A DNA stretch of 49,728 bases from an uncultured Caulobacteraceae bacterium. Its GTDB lineage: Bacteria > Pseudomonadota > Alphaproteobacteria > Caulobacterales > Caulobacteraceae. Every line of letters starts with the position of its first letter. Position 1 is the stretch's first letter. This document shows positions 1 to 8,881 of the stretch, one piece after another. Under the pieces are notes generated by a model. The model made no database searches, was not told where the DNA came from, and saw nothing but the letters and a program-made list of their open reading frames with translations. The stretch lies in NCBI GenBank assembly GCA_964600375.1, contig CAZRKY010000001.1:1-49728 (forward strand). The letters run 5' to 3'. The position numbers were made by a program, and so were the translations under genes.

Positions 1-513
1 CGCGTCGACGGGTCAGGCTATCGCACCATGCTGCGCAACGACGCCTACTGGTTCATTCGCCTGGGCGCCGCGGTCGAGCGCGCCGACAACACCGCGCGCC
101 TGCTGGACGTGAAGTACCATCTGCTGCTGCCCGCCGAGGAGCGCGTCGGGGGCCAGTTCGACTACTTCCAGTGGACCACCCTGTTGCGCGAGGTCTCGGC
201 CCTGTCCGCCTACCGCTGGGTCTACCGCGACAACGTCAAGCCGTGGCTGGTGGCGGACCTGCTGGTGCTGAACCGGCAGATGCCCCGCTCGCTGGCCAGC
301 TGCCAGGCCTCGATCGTGCGCAACCTCGAGCGCCTGGCCGACGACTACGGCCGGCGCGGTCCGGCCCAGCGCCTGGCGGCGGCCCGCCTGCAGCAGTTCA
401 ACGAGGCGGACATGGCCCAGATCTTCCAGTCGGGCCTGCACGAGTACATCACCGCCTTCCTGTTCCAGAATAACCTGCTGGGCGAGACCATCAGCGAGCA
501 GTATCTGATCTGA
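1..513 (+). CDS. alpha-E domain (DUF403) protein, C-terminal part; 5' end lies outside the window
   Basis: Frame 1 is open from base 1 to the stop at 511-513. The translated tail (NDAYWFIRLGAAVERADNTARLLDVKYH...) resembles alpha-E proteins, which typically precede transglutaminase and Anbu genes. It sits 1 nt upstream of the next CDS. Confidence 0.75.
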   Translation, partial: RVDGSGYRTMLRNDAYWFIRLGAAVERADNTARLLDVKYHLLLPAEERVGGQFDYFQWTTLLREVSALSAYRWVYRDNVKPWLVADLLVLNRQMPRSLASCQASIVRNLERLADDYGRRGPAQRLAAARLQQFNEADMAQIFQSGLHEYITAFLFQNNLLGETISEQYLI

Positions 514-514
514 C

Positions 515-1345
515 ATGCGCATCCGCATCGATCACGAGACCAGCTACGGGTACGACCGTGCGGCCCGCTTCATCGTCCAGACGCTGCGCCTGACGCCGCG
601 CAACAGCCCGACCCAGCACGTCCACGACTGGCGCATCGATCTCGATGTCGACGCCCGCCTGCGCCAGGGCGAGGACGCCTACGGCAACATCGTCCACACC
701 CTCTATACCGACGCCCCCACCGAGCGCCTGACCATCCGGGTCAGCGGCGAGGTCGACACCACCGACACCGCCGGGGTGCTGCCCCCCGTCGCGGAGAAGC
801 TCTCGCCCCTGGTCTACCAGCGCGAGACCGCCCTTACCCACGCTACGCCCAAGCTGATCGCCTTCGCCGGCATGGCGGCCATGGCCGAGCCGCTGGACAC
901 GCTCCACCGCCTCAACCACCTGATCCACCAGGAAATCGCCTTCGAGGTCGGGGCGACCACGGCGACCCATACCGCCGCCGAGGTCCTGGCCCTGCGCCGC
1001 GGCGTCTGCCAGGACCACGCCCACCTGTTCATCGCCTGCGCACGCAAGCTGGGCTTCCCGGCGCGCTACGTCTCCGGCCATCTGCTGCGATCCGACGGCG
1101 AGACCCACCAGGACGCCGCCCACGCCTGGGCCGAGGCCTGGGTCGAAAGCCTCGGCTGGGTGGGCTTCGATCCGGCCAACGGCGTGTCGCCGACCGACGC
1201 CTATGTGCGGGTCGCCACGGGGCTCGACTATCTGGGCGCGGCGCCGGTGCGGGGCGCGGCCTACGGCGGCGGCGCCGAGCACCTTTCCGTGCGTCTGACG
1301 GTGCGGCAACTGCAGGCCGGCCAGCAAAGCCAGCAGCAGGCCTGA
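515..1345 (+). CDS. transglutaminase-like cysteine protease family protein (Bact_transglu_N + transglutaminase core)
   Basis: 276 aa. Core Cys motif RRGVCQDHAHLF, followed by the downstream His/Asp region (HAWAEAWV...GWVGFDPANG). Operon context with the alpha-E and Anbu genes. Confidence 0.85.
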   Translation: MRIRIDHETSYGYDRAARFIVQTLRLTPRNSPTQHVHDWRIDLDVDARLRQGEDAYGNIVHTLYTDAPTERLTIRVSGEVDTTDTAGVLPPVAEKLSPLVYQRETALTHATPKLIAFAGMAAMAEPLDTLHRLNHLIHQEIAFEVGATTATHTAAEVLALRRGVCQDHAHLFIACARKLGFPARYVSGHLLRSDGETHQDAAHAWAEAWVESLGWVGFDPANGVSPTDAYVRVATGLDYLGAAPVRGAAYGGGAEHLSVRLTVRQLQAGQQSQQQA

Positions 1346-1434
1346 ATGTTCAACCAACCCCCGCCGGTGCGAGGCCTCGTTAACCTCGAATCAGTTATGC
1401 CGGTGGGCAGTCAGGGACGGAGCTTGCGGGCCGG

Positions 1435-2238
1435 ATGACCTACTGCATCGGAATGCTGGTGAATGAAGGTCTGGCCATCATGGCCGACACCCGCACCAAC
1501 GCGGGGGTCGACAACATCGCCTCCTACCGAAAGCTCAACGTACTTGACAAGCCCGGCGAGCGGGTGATCGCGGTGGCCACCTCGGGCAACCTGTCCATGA
1601 CCCAGATGGCCCTGGCCCTGGTCGAACAGGGCATCGTCCTGCACGGCGAGACCGATCCCCAGACCCTGTCCAACGCCCCCACCATGTTCCGGGCCGCGGA
1701 ACTGGTCGGCCACGCCATGCTGCTGGCGCGCAAGAACATCTCGCCGTCGCTGTCGGCCGACACGCTGAAGGTCGACGGCAACATCCTGCTGGGCGGCCAG
1801 ATCGGCGACGGGCCGATGCAGCTCTACCTGATCTACAGCCAGGGCAACTTCATCGCCTGCGGGGCCGAGACCCCCTACCTGCAGATCGGCGAGTTCAAGT
1901 ACGGCAAGCCCATCCTCGAACGCGCCCTGCGCCACGACACGCCCCTGACCGAGGCGGTGAAGCTGGGCCTGCTGTCGGTGGACTCCACCCTGCGCTCGAA
2001 CATCTCGGTCGGCTTCCCGCTCGACACCCTGGTCCTGCGCAAGGGAACCCTGCGCGGCGTGCAGCGCCGCATCGAGCAGGACGATCCCTACTTCCACGAA
2101 CTGAGCCGCAGGTGGTCCGAGGCGCTCGCCGCCGCCCACCGCGCCATGCCAGAGCCCGAATGGCTGGCGCCCGCCAACGCCAACGCCGCGGCTCCGCCGG
2201 CCGAACCCGGGGCCAAGGGCCGGGCCGACCGCGCCTGA
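1435..2238 (+). CDS. proteasome-type protease, Anbu (ancestral beta subunit) family
   Basis: 267 aa starting MTYCIG, with Thr2 as the likely N-terminal nucleophile. The fold pattern is proteasome beta-like. Third member of the conserved alpha-E/transglutaminase/Anbu cluster. Confidence 0.85.
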   Translation: MTYCIGMLVNEGLAIMADTRTNAGVDNIASYRKLNVLDKPGERVIAVATSGNLSMTQMALALVEQGIVLHGETDPQTLSNAPTMFRAAELVGHAMLLARKNISPSLSADTLKVDGNILLGGQIGDGPMQLYLIYSQGNFIACGAETPYLQIGEFKYGKPILERALRHDTPLTEAVKLGLLSVDSTLRSNISVGFPLDTLVLRKGTLRGVQRRIEQDDPYFHELSRRWSEALAAAHRAMPEPEWLAPANANAAAPPAEPGAKGRADRA

Positions 2239-2346
2239 GGCCGCCCGGGGGCGCTTGACCCCCAACCCCGGATCAACGGACGCTTCTCGCCGCCGTCGCT
2301 GTGACCCTCGCGGCGGCGTCGCGACGACCGGCCTGCCGGGCGCCGT

Positions 2347-2399
2347 CTCCCTGTTCCGGGACCGCCGCTCCCTGTTCAGGGTGATGCGTTCTCCCTGTT
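2347..2399. repeat. three spaced copies of CTCCCTGTT (reverse complement of AACAGGGAG)
   Basis: Copies at 2347-2355, 2368-2376 and 2391-2399 with 21-23 bp spacing. A degenerate copy TCCCTGTT lies at 2487-2494. Confidence 0.9.
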
Positions 2400-2506
2400 A
2401 ATCGGCGCGCTGTGGCGGGTTTCGGCCTGGGCGCGGGCAGGAAAAGCGATTGGAAACAGGAGGATACCGGCCCACCCCTCCGTCCGTCCCTGTTTTCGCG
2501 CGGTCA

Positions 2507-2558
2507 GGAACAGGGAGGAACAGGGAGGAACAGGGAGAAAACAGGGAGAAACAGGGAG
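2507..2558. repeat. tandem array of five (G/A)(G/A)AACAGGGAG units, period 10-11 bp
   Basis: CAGGGAG at 2511, 2521, 2531, 2542 and 2552. The array is read directly and ends 8 nt before the recQ stop codon, in a convergent intergenic region. Confidence 0.95.
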
Positions 2559-2565
2559 CGGCGGC

Positions 2566-4425
2566 TCAGTTGTCCCGCACCAGCTTGAGGACCGCCGCGC
2601 CGTAGCGCGCCAGCTTGCCCTCGCCGACGCCGGCGACCTTGGCCAGCCGGGCCGCCGACTCCGGCCGGGCGCGGGCGATGTCGAGCAGGGTCTTGTCGTG
2701 GAAGATGACGTAGGGCGGCACGCCCTGGTCGGTCGCCACGTCCTTGCGCCAGGCGCGCAGGGCCTCGAACAGGGGCTTGTCGGCCTCGGGCACGGGGGTC
2801 ATGGGCTCGCGGGTCTTGCGGCCGCGGCGCGGGCGGGCGGCGTCGGCGGTCTCCAGGTCGCGGCGGGTCTCGACCTTCAGGTCGCCGCGGTAGACGGCCT
2901 TGACCAGGGCCGGGTCGCCCAGACCCAGCAAGGGCTTGCCGTCGTTGGGATCCTCGGCCAGCAGGCCCTCGTAGAGCAGGTGGTCGATCAGGTCCTTCCA
3001 GCCCTGGGCGGACAGCTCGCCGCCGATGCCGAAGGTGGTGAGCTCGGCTTCCCAGGGGGCGACGTCCCTGGTCTTGCCCAGCAGGTGGTCGACCACCCGG
3101 GTCTTGCCGAAGCGGCCGCCCAGGCGGTGGACGGCGCTGATGGCCTTCTGGGCCGACTGGCTCGCGTCGATGACGGTCGGGGGGCTGAGGCACAGGTCGC
3201 AGACGCCGCAGGGGGCCGCCTCGGCCTCGCCGAAGTAGTGGCGCACCGCCATGGCCCGGCAAGAGGCCCCGTCCAGCATGCGGAACAGCTGGCGGGCCTT
3301 GAGGATCTGGGCGGCCTTGACCTCCGGCTCCATAGGCCGGCCGTCGATGCGGCGCAGCGCCCAGGCGATGTCGGAGGGGCCGTAGAGGGTGATGCCGTCG
3401 GCGGGCTCGCCGTCGCGCCCGGCGCGGCCGATCTCCTGCCAGTAGGCCTCGATCGAGGAGGGCGGATCGGCGTGGATGACGAAGCGGACGTCGGGTTTGT
3501 CGACGCCCATGCCAAACGCGATGGTGGCCACCATGACCGCGCCGTCCTCGCCGAGGAAGCGGGCCAGGCGCCGGTCGCGCTCGCGGCCGTCGAGGCCTGC
3601 GTGGTAGGCGATGGCGGGGAATCCCCGGCCGAGCAGGTCGGACGCCAGCCGGTCGGCGCCGTCACGCGAGCCGCAGTAGACGACGCCCGACTGGCCCGGC
3701 CGCCGGGCCACCAGCTGGGCCACCGCCTCGTCGGTGCGGGCGCGGCTGGCGCTCTCCTTGCGCAGCGCCGAGAGCTGCAGGTTGGGGCGCGCGAAGCTGT
3801 CGACGAAGACCTTGGCCCCGCCCAGGCGAAGGGAGCGGACGATGTCCTCCCGCGTGCGGGCGTCGGCGGTGGCGGTCACCGCCAGGCGCGGCACGCCCGG
3901 GAAGAGCTCGGCCAGCCGGCCGAGGTCGCGGTAGTCGGGCCGGAAGTCGTGGCCCCACTGGGAGACGCAGTGGGCCTCGTCGATGGCGATGAGCGCCAGG
4001 TTCAGCCGCCCCAGCCGGTCGATCAGGTGCGGCTGGGCCAGGCCTTCGGGCGAGACGTAGAGGAGGTCCAGCTCGCCCGCCTCGGCCTGGCGCCAGATGG
4101 CCGAGCGCTCGTCCATCGAGACGTTGGAATCCAGCCGCGCCGCCGCCACCCCCTGCTGGCGCATGGCCGCGACCTGGTCGGCCATCAGGGCGATCAGGGG
4201 CGAGACGACGAGGCCGACGCCTTGCCGCATCATGGCGGGGATCTGGTAGCAGACGCTCTTGCCGCCGCCCGTCGGCAGCACCGCCAGGGCGTCGCGGCCG
4301 GCCAGAATCTCGGCGATCACCTCGGCCTGCAGCCCCCGGAACGACCGGTGGCCCCAGACGCGCTCCAGCAGGCCGCGCGCGGCCTCCAGGGGGTCTTCAC
4401 GGACGAGGGTCGAGTCGGGGAGCAT
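2566..4425 (-). CDS. recQ: ATP-dependent DNA helicase RecQ
   Basis: 619 aa. Walker A (LPTGGGKSVCYQIPA), DEAH box (IAIDEAHCVSQWGHDFRPDY), Zn-binding Cys cluster, and a C-terminal HRDC-like region (FEALRAWRKDVA...PPYVIFHDKTL). Confidence 0.95.
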   Translation of the reverse strand: MLPDSTLVREDPLEAARGLLERVWGHRSFRGLQAEVIAEILAGRDALAVLPTGGGKSVCYQIPAMMRQGVGLVVSPLIALMADQVAAMRQQGVAAARLDSNVSMDERSAIWRQAEAGELDLLYVSPEGLAQPHLIDRLGRLNLALIAIDEAHCVSQWGHDFRPDYRDLGRLAELFPGVPRLAVTATADARTREDIVRSLRLGGAKVFVDSFARPNLQLSALRKESASRARTDEAVAQLVARRPGQSGVVYCGSRDGADRLASDLLGRGFPAIAYHAGLDGRERDRRLARFLGEDGAVMVATIAFGMGVDKPDVRFVIHADPPSSIEAYWQEIGRAGRDGEPADGITLYGPSDIAWALRRIDGRPMEPEVKAAQILKARQLFRMLDGASCRAMAVRHYFGEAEAAPCGVCDLCLSPPTVIDASQSAQKAISAVHRLGGRFGKTRVVDHLLGKTRDVAPWEAELTTFGIGGELSAQGWKDLIDHLLYEGLLAEDPNDGKPLLGLGDPALVKAVYRGDLKVETRRDLETADAARPRRGRKTREPMTPVPEADKPLFEALRAWRKDVATDQGVPPYVIFHDKTLLDIARARPESAARLAKVAGVGEGKLARYGAAVLKLVRDN

Positions 4426-4643
4426 GGCGCGGTTGTGCCCGATCCCTGTGGGCTTGCGAAGACGGCGTTAACCGCTTGCGACGAAACGTGCCGCCCAAGC
4501 CCGCGACGCCTGCACGGCGCCTGCATGACGCGAGGACGGAACGGCGAATTCCCCGCCATGGTTTCGCCCGTAGCCGATGGTAGGCGACTGGGCTAAGCAT
4601 CGGGGCGGAACCTCCAGCCTGGGGTCCAGGGAGCAAGACCAGC

Positions 4644-6731
4644 ATGTCCAGCGGCGCGCCCGCCAAGCGGAAACGCAAGCCTTTGGAGGCGCTAGCCTAC
4701 TGGACCGCCGTGGTCGGCGTCTGGGGGCTCATATTCCTGGTGGCCTTCCTGGCCTTCTTCGCCCGCGGCCTGCCCGACACCTCCAAGCTCGACCAGCCCG
4801 AGGTGCAGCATTCGGTCACCTACCTGGACCGGTCCGGCGCCGTCCTGGCCGTGCGCGGCAGCCAGTCGGGTTCGCCGGTCAATGTCGACGAGCTCCCGGC
4901 CTACGTGCCTGCGGCCTTCATCGCGGTGGAGGATCGGCGCTTCTATCACCACCCCGGGTTCGACCCGATCGGCATGGCCCGGGCGCTGGCGCGCAACACC
5001 CGCGCCGGCCGCACCGTCGAAGGCGGCTCGACCCTGACCCAGCAGCTGGCCAAGAATCTCTTCCTGACGCCCGACCAGAACATGAAGCGCAAGATCCAGG
5101 AGATCATGCTGGCGGTCTGGCTGGAGGCCAAGTTCACCAAGAAGGAGATCCTGGCGCTCTACCTCAACCGGGTCTACTTCGGCGCCGGCGCGTACGGCAT
5201 CGAGGCCGCGGCCCAGCGCTATTTCGACAAGCCCGCCAAGGACCTGACCGTGGGCGAGGCCGCCCTGCTGGCGGGCCTGCTGAAGGCGCCGTCGCGCTAC
5301 AGCCCGGTCTCCGAATCCGAACGCGCCGCCGTTCGCGCCACCATCGTGCTCAACGAAATGGAGCGCGCCCGGGTCATCACGCCCGAACAACGCGCCGAGG
5401 CCGTGTCCCACCCGGTGCGCGTGTCGCGCACCCTGGCCACCGCCCACGCCTCCTACTTCGTCGACTGGCTCGACACCGAGATCCGCGCCCTGGTCGGCGA
5501 GCCGACCGAGGACCTGGTGGTCGAGACCACCCTGGACCTGCCGATCCAGACGGCCGCCGAACGCTCGGTCCAGGCCATCCTCAAGCGCGACAAGTCGCGC
5601 CGCGTCGAACAGGCCGCCCTGGTGGCGCTGGACGGCGAGGGCCGCGTGCGGGCCATGATCGGCGGCGGCAACTACGCCGACAGCCAGTTCAACCGCGCCG
5701 TCGACGCCCGCCGCCAGGCGGGCTCGGCCTTCAAGCCCTTCGTCTACCTCGCCGCGATGGAAGCGGGCATGACCCCCATGACGCCGGTGGTCGACGAGCC
5801 GATCAGCATCGGCAACTGGCAGCCCCGCAACTATTCGGGCGGCTACGCCGGGCCGATGAACCTGCAGGTGGCGCTGGCCCAGTCGGTCAACACCGTCGCG
5901 GCGCGCATCGCCGATACGGTGGGCCGCGACAACGTCGCGCGCGCCGCCCGGCGCCTCGGCATCACCTCGCCGATCGGCCTGCAGCCGTCCATGGCCCTCG
6001 GCGCTGTCGAAGTCTCGCCGCTGGAGATGGCCCAGGCCTACGCCGCCTTCGCCAATGGCGGCCTGCGCGTCCAGGCCCACGGCATCAACCGCATCCGCAC
6101 CCGCACGGGCCGGGTTCTCTACCAGTGGCGCGAGGGCGCCCAGGACGGCGGCCGCGTCTCGGTCATCGCCAACCCGTCGCTCAGCTACATGAACTACATG
6201 ATGCGCTCGGTGATGAGCCAGGGCACCGGCCGCGGCGCCGCCATCGCCGGCTACGACCTGGCCGGCAAGACCGGCACGACCTCCGACTACAAGGACGCCT
6301 GGTTCGTCGGCTACACCGGCGGCTTCGTGACCGCCGTCTGGGTCGGCAAGGACGACAACAAGCCGATGAAGGGCGTCTCGGGCGGCCAGTCTCCGGCCGC
6401 GATCTGGAAGGCCTTCATGTCGGCCGCCCTACCGCGGCTCTCGGTGGGCGCCATCCCCGCCGGCCCCAACCCGCCCGCCAACATGGGCGATCCGATCGGC
6501 GACCTGCTGGAAGGCATGGGCGAGTGGTTCCAGGGGTCCGGCGCCGACACGCCGCCGGTCGAGGGCGCCGCGCCCGGCGTCGATGACCCCGGCACCATGG
6601 CCCCGATCCCCAATCCCGAGCCCCGCGTCATCCAGCCTGACGAGCGCGACGATCCGGAGGCCGTGCCCGACCGCGCAGCTCCGCCGCCGCCGGACCCTAA
6701 GAAAAAGAAGGAAGAGCCGCTCTTCTTCTAG
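4644..6731 (+). CDS. class A penicillin-binding protein (PBP1A family transglycosylase/transpeptidase)
   Basis: 695 aa with an N-terminal TM helix. GT51 motifs are EDRRFYHHPG and GGSTLTQQLAKN. Transpeptidase motifs are SAFKPF (SxxK), SVN and KTGTT. Pro-rich, Lys-rich C-terminal tail. Confidence 0.92.
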   Translation: MSSGAPAKRKRKPLEALAYWTAVVGVWGLIFLVAFLAFFARGLPDTSKLDQPEVQHSVTYLDRSGAVLAVRGSQSGSPVNVDELPAYVPAAFIAVEDRRFYHHPGFDPIGMARALARNTRAGRTVEGGSTLTQQLAKNLFLTPDQNMKRKIQEIMLAVWLEAKFTKKEILALYLNRVYFGAGAYGIEAAAQRYFDKPAKDLTVGEAALLAGLLKAPSRYSPVSESERAAVRATIVLNEMERARVITPEQRAEAVSHPVRVSRTLATAHASYFVDWLDTEIRALVGEPTEDLVVETTLDLPIQTAAERSVQAILKRDKSRRVEQAALVALDGEGRVRAMIGGGNYADSQFNRAVDARRQAGSAFKPFVYLAAMEAGMTPMTPVVDEPISIGNWQPRNYSGGYAGPMNLQVALAQSVNTVAARIADTVGRDNVARAARRLGITSPIGLQPSMALGAVEVSPLEMAQAYAAFANGGLRVQAHGINRIRTRTGRVLYQWREGAQDGGRVSVIANPSLSYMNYMMRSVMSQGTGRGAAIAGYDLAGKTGTTSDYKDAWFVGYTGGFVTAVWVGKDDNKPMKGVSGGQSPAAIWKAFMSAALPRLSVGAIPAGPNPPANMGDPIGDLLEGMGEWFQGSGADTPPVEGAAPGVDDPGTMAPIPNPEPRVIQPDERDDPEAVPDRAAPPPPDPKKKKEEPLFF

Positions 6732-6783
6732 GGCCGCTTGACCATCGAGCGCGGATCAAGGGACGCTTTACAGGATCAGGCGC

Positions 6784-7509
6784 CTAGCGACCGATGGCGT
6801 GCAGGTCTGTTCCGTGCGTCTTGAGCCAGGCGCGGCCTTCCAGCCGCGGTCCGACCAGGGATTTCACCACCGCCCAGAAGCGGGGCGAGTGGTCGGCGTG
6901 GACCAGGTGGGCGACCTCGTGGGCGGCGACGTAGTCGAGCACCACGGGCGGGGCCAGGATCAGTCGCCAGCTGTAGCGGATCGACCCGCGCCCCGGCGTG
7001 CACGATCCCCAGCGGCTCTTCGGGTCCCCGAGGCCGGTAGTAGGGATCTTCAGGCCCAGCGTCCGGGCATGATGCGCGGTCCGCTCGGTGAGGTCCTTCA
7101 GCGCCTCCCGGCGCAGCAGGTTCTCGACCCGGCGCGCAAAGGCCGCGCCCTCGCCGCCCGAGACGATCACCGTCTCGCCCTCGTCGACCACCAGGCGGGC
7201 GGCCGAGGCGTTGGGAACGGCGGCCAGGAGGGTCGGAACCCCCCGCAGCGGCGCGTAGGTCCCCGGCGCGAAGGGCCTGGAGGGCGCACGGGCGGCCAGG
7301 CGCTCGGCGGCCCAGTCGGCCCGCTCCTTGGCGAAGCCGGCGGCCTCCGAAAGGCGGCGCTGCGAGGGCGCCACCGCCACGGCCTCGCCGCGGGCGGCGT
7401 CGATGCGGAGGGAAATGCGTCGCGCCCGGCGGTTCACCTTGAGCCGCACGCGCGTGCCGTTGATGTCGATCACGTCCCCGTCGGCGTAGCGGGGCCGGAA
7501 CAGGTTCAT
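6784..7509 (-). CDS. YgjP-like metal-dependent hydrolase (DUF45 / M48-SprT-like)
   Basis: 241 aa with an HEVAH zinc motif near the C-terminus followed by HSPRFW. Its start overlaps the phaZ stop (7506-7509). Confidence 0.8.
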   Translation of the reverse strand: MNLFRPRYADGDVIDINGTRVRLKVNRRARRISLRIDAARGEAVAVAPSQRRLSEAAGFAKERADWAAERLAARAPSRPFAPGTYAPLRGVPTLLAAVPNASAARLVVDEGETVIVSGGEGAAFARRVENLLRREALKDLTERTAHHARTLGLKIPTTGLGDPKSRWGSCTPGRGSIRYSWRLILAPPVVLDYVAAHEVAHLVHADHSPRFWAVVKSLVGPRLEGRAWLKTHGTDLHAIGR

Positions 7510-8780
7510 TCCGCGGCTGCCGCCAGGGACTGGATATCGTCGTTGAGGCGGATGAACTCGCAGATGCGCGGGTAGATTTCCTCGCGGAAGCGGCGGCCGT
7601 TGAAGACGCCGTAGTGGCCGATGCCGGGCTGCACGAGGATCTCGCGCTTGTCGGCCGGGATGTTGGTGCAGATGGCGTGGGCGGCCTGGGTCTGGCCGAC
7701 GCCGGAGATGTCGTCCTCGGCGCCCTCGACGGTCATCAGGGCGATGTCGCGGATCGCCGACAGGTCAATCTTGCGGCCGTCCTTGTGGACGAGCTCGCCC
7801 TTGGGAAGGAGGTGCTGCTGGAACACCACGTCGATGGTCTGGAGGTAGAATTCCTCGGTCAGGTCGAGCACCGACAGGTACTCGTTGTAGAACTCCATGT
7901 GCTTGTCGGCCTTGTCGCCGTCGCCCTTCACCAGGTTGTCGAAGTACTCGCGGTGAGCATCGACGTGGCGCTCCTCGTTCATCGACATGAAGCTGTAGAG
8001 CTGTACGAACCCGGGATAGACGCGCCGGCCGACGCCCGGGTAGGGCGGCGGCACGGTGTGGATCATGTTGGACTTGAACCAGGCGAAGGGCTTTTCCTCG
8101 GCCAGCTGGTTGGTCACCGTCGGCGACAGGCGCGCGTCGATCGGCGAGCCCATGAATGTCATCGACGCCGGGCGCGACGCCTCGTCATCGGCCGCCATCA
8201 GGGCGGCGGCGGCGAGCACGGGCGGGCCGGGCTGGCATACCGCGACGACGTGCGGCCGCGACCCGAGCGCGCGCATCATCTCGCGGACGTGGTCGATGTA
8301 GTCGTAGAAGTCGAAGCGGCCTTCCAGCACCGGCACGTTGCGGGCGTTGGACCAGTCGGCCACGTAGACCTCGTGGTCCTTGAGGAACTGCTTCACCGTC
8401 CCGCGCAGCAGGGTGGCGTAGTGGCCCGACAGGGGCGCCACGATCAGGACGGCGGGCTCGAAGGCGGCGCGGCCGGCGCGGCGCAGGTCATTGCGGTCGC
8501 GGGCGAAGTGGATCATCCGGCACCAGGGCGAGGACCAGGCGGTGACCTGGCGGACGCGGACGTCGACGCCTTCGATCTCGACCTTGTGGATGCCCCAGTC
8601 CGGCTTGCCGTAGCGCCGGGTCATGTTGGAGAACATCTCGGCCGAAGCGTACATCGTGCGGCCTACGGCCGTGTCGCTGGCCGGATTGGCGGACGATCCC
8701 CAGAACGACCTCGCCAGCTGCGCCGCCAACCTCAGGGGTGACGCGGCGTGGTAGGCGTATTCGTGGAGGGAATAGAGCAT
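7506..8780 (-). CDS. phaZ: intracellular polyhydroxyalkanoate (PHB) depolymerase
   Basis: 424 aa. The N-terminus MLYSLHEYAYHAASPLR... and the overall length are typical of the TIGR01849-type intracellular PhaZ as I remember it. Confidence 0.8.
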   Translation of the reverse strand: MLYSLHEYAYHAASPLRLAAQLARSFWGSSANPASDTAVGRTMYASAEMFSNMTRRYGKPDWGIHKVEIEGVDVRVRQVTAWSSPWCRMIHFARDRNDLRRAGRAAFEPAVLIVAPLSGHYATLLRGTVKQFLKDHEVYVADWSNARNVPVLEGRFDFYDYIDHVREMMRALGSRPHVVAVCQPGPPVLAAAALMAADDEASRPASMTFMGSPIDARLSPTVTNQLAEEKPFAWFKSNMIHTVPPPYPGVGRRVYPGFVQLYSFMSMNEERHVDAHREYFDNLVKGDGDKADKHMEFYNEYLSVLDLTEEFYLQTIDVVFQQHLLPKGELVHKDGRKIDLSAIRDIALMTVEGAEDDISGVGQTQAAHAICTNIPADKREILVQPGIGHYGVFNGRRFREEIYPRICEFIRLNDDIQSLAAAAE

Positions 8781-8810
8781 GAACGACCCGACTCGCGGTT
8801 CTGACTAAGG

Positions 8811-8841
8811 TGCAGCGCACCATAGATAGGGATGCGCTGCA
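8811..8841. promoter_or_regulatory. perfect 9-bp inverted repeat TGCAGCGCA-N13-TGCGCTGCA upstream of phaZ
   Basis: Arms at 8811-8819 and 8833-8841, 31-61 bp upstream of the phaZ ATG. No flanking T-tract on either strand, so an operator is more likely than a terminator. Confidence 0.4.
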
Positions 8842-8881
8842 AAAACATTATCGCCAAGGGCGTATTAAGGGGAATTATCGA

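Noticed and set aside
2507-2558. Possible CRISPR array or LexA (SOS) boxes next to recQ
   Set aside because: The units are 10-11 bp with no spacers, so this is not a CRISPR array. GAAC-to-GAAC spacing is N6, whereas the alphaproteobacterial LexA box needs N7. The array also lies at the 3' end of recQ, not at its promoter.
2698-4596. 632-aa plus-strand ORF opposite recQ
   Set aside because: Antisense to recQ, which has all the helicase motifs. The translation is Gly/Ala/Val/Asp-rich with no motifs.
4577-6586. 669-aa plus-strand ORF overlapping the PBP1A gene in another frame
   Set aside because: The translation is extremely Arg/Pro/Gly-rich. The frame starting at 4644 carries all the GT51 and transpeptidase motifs.
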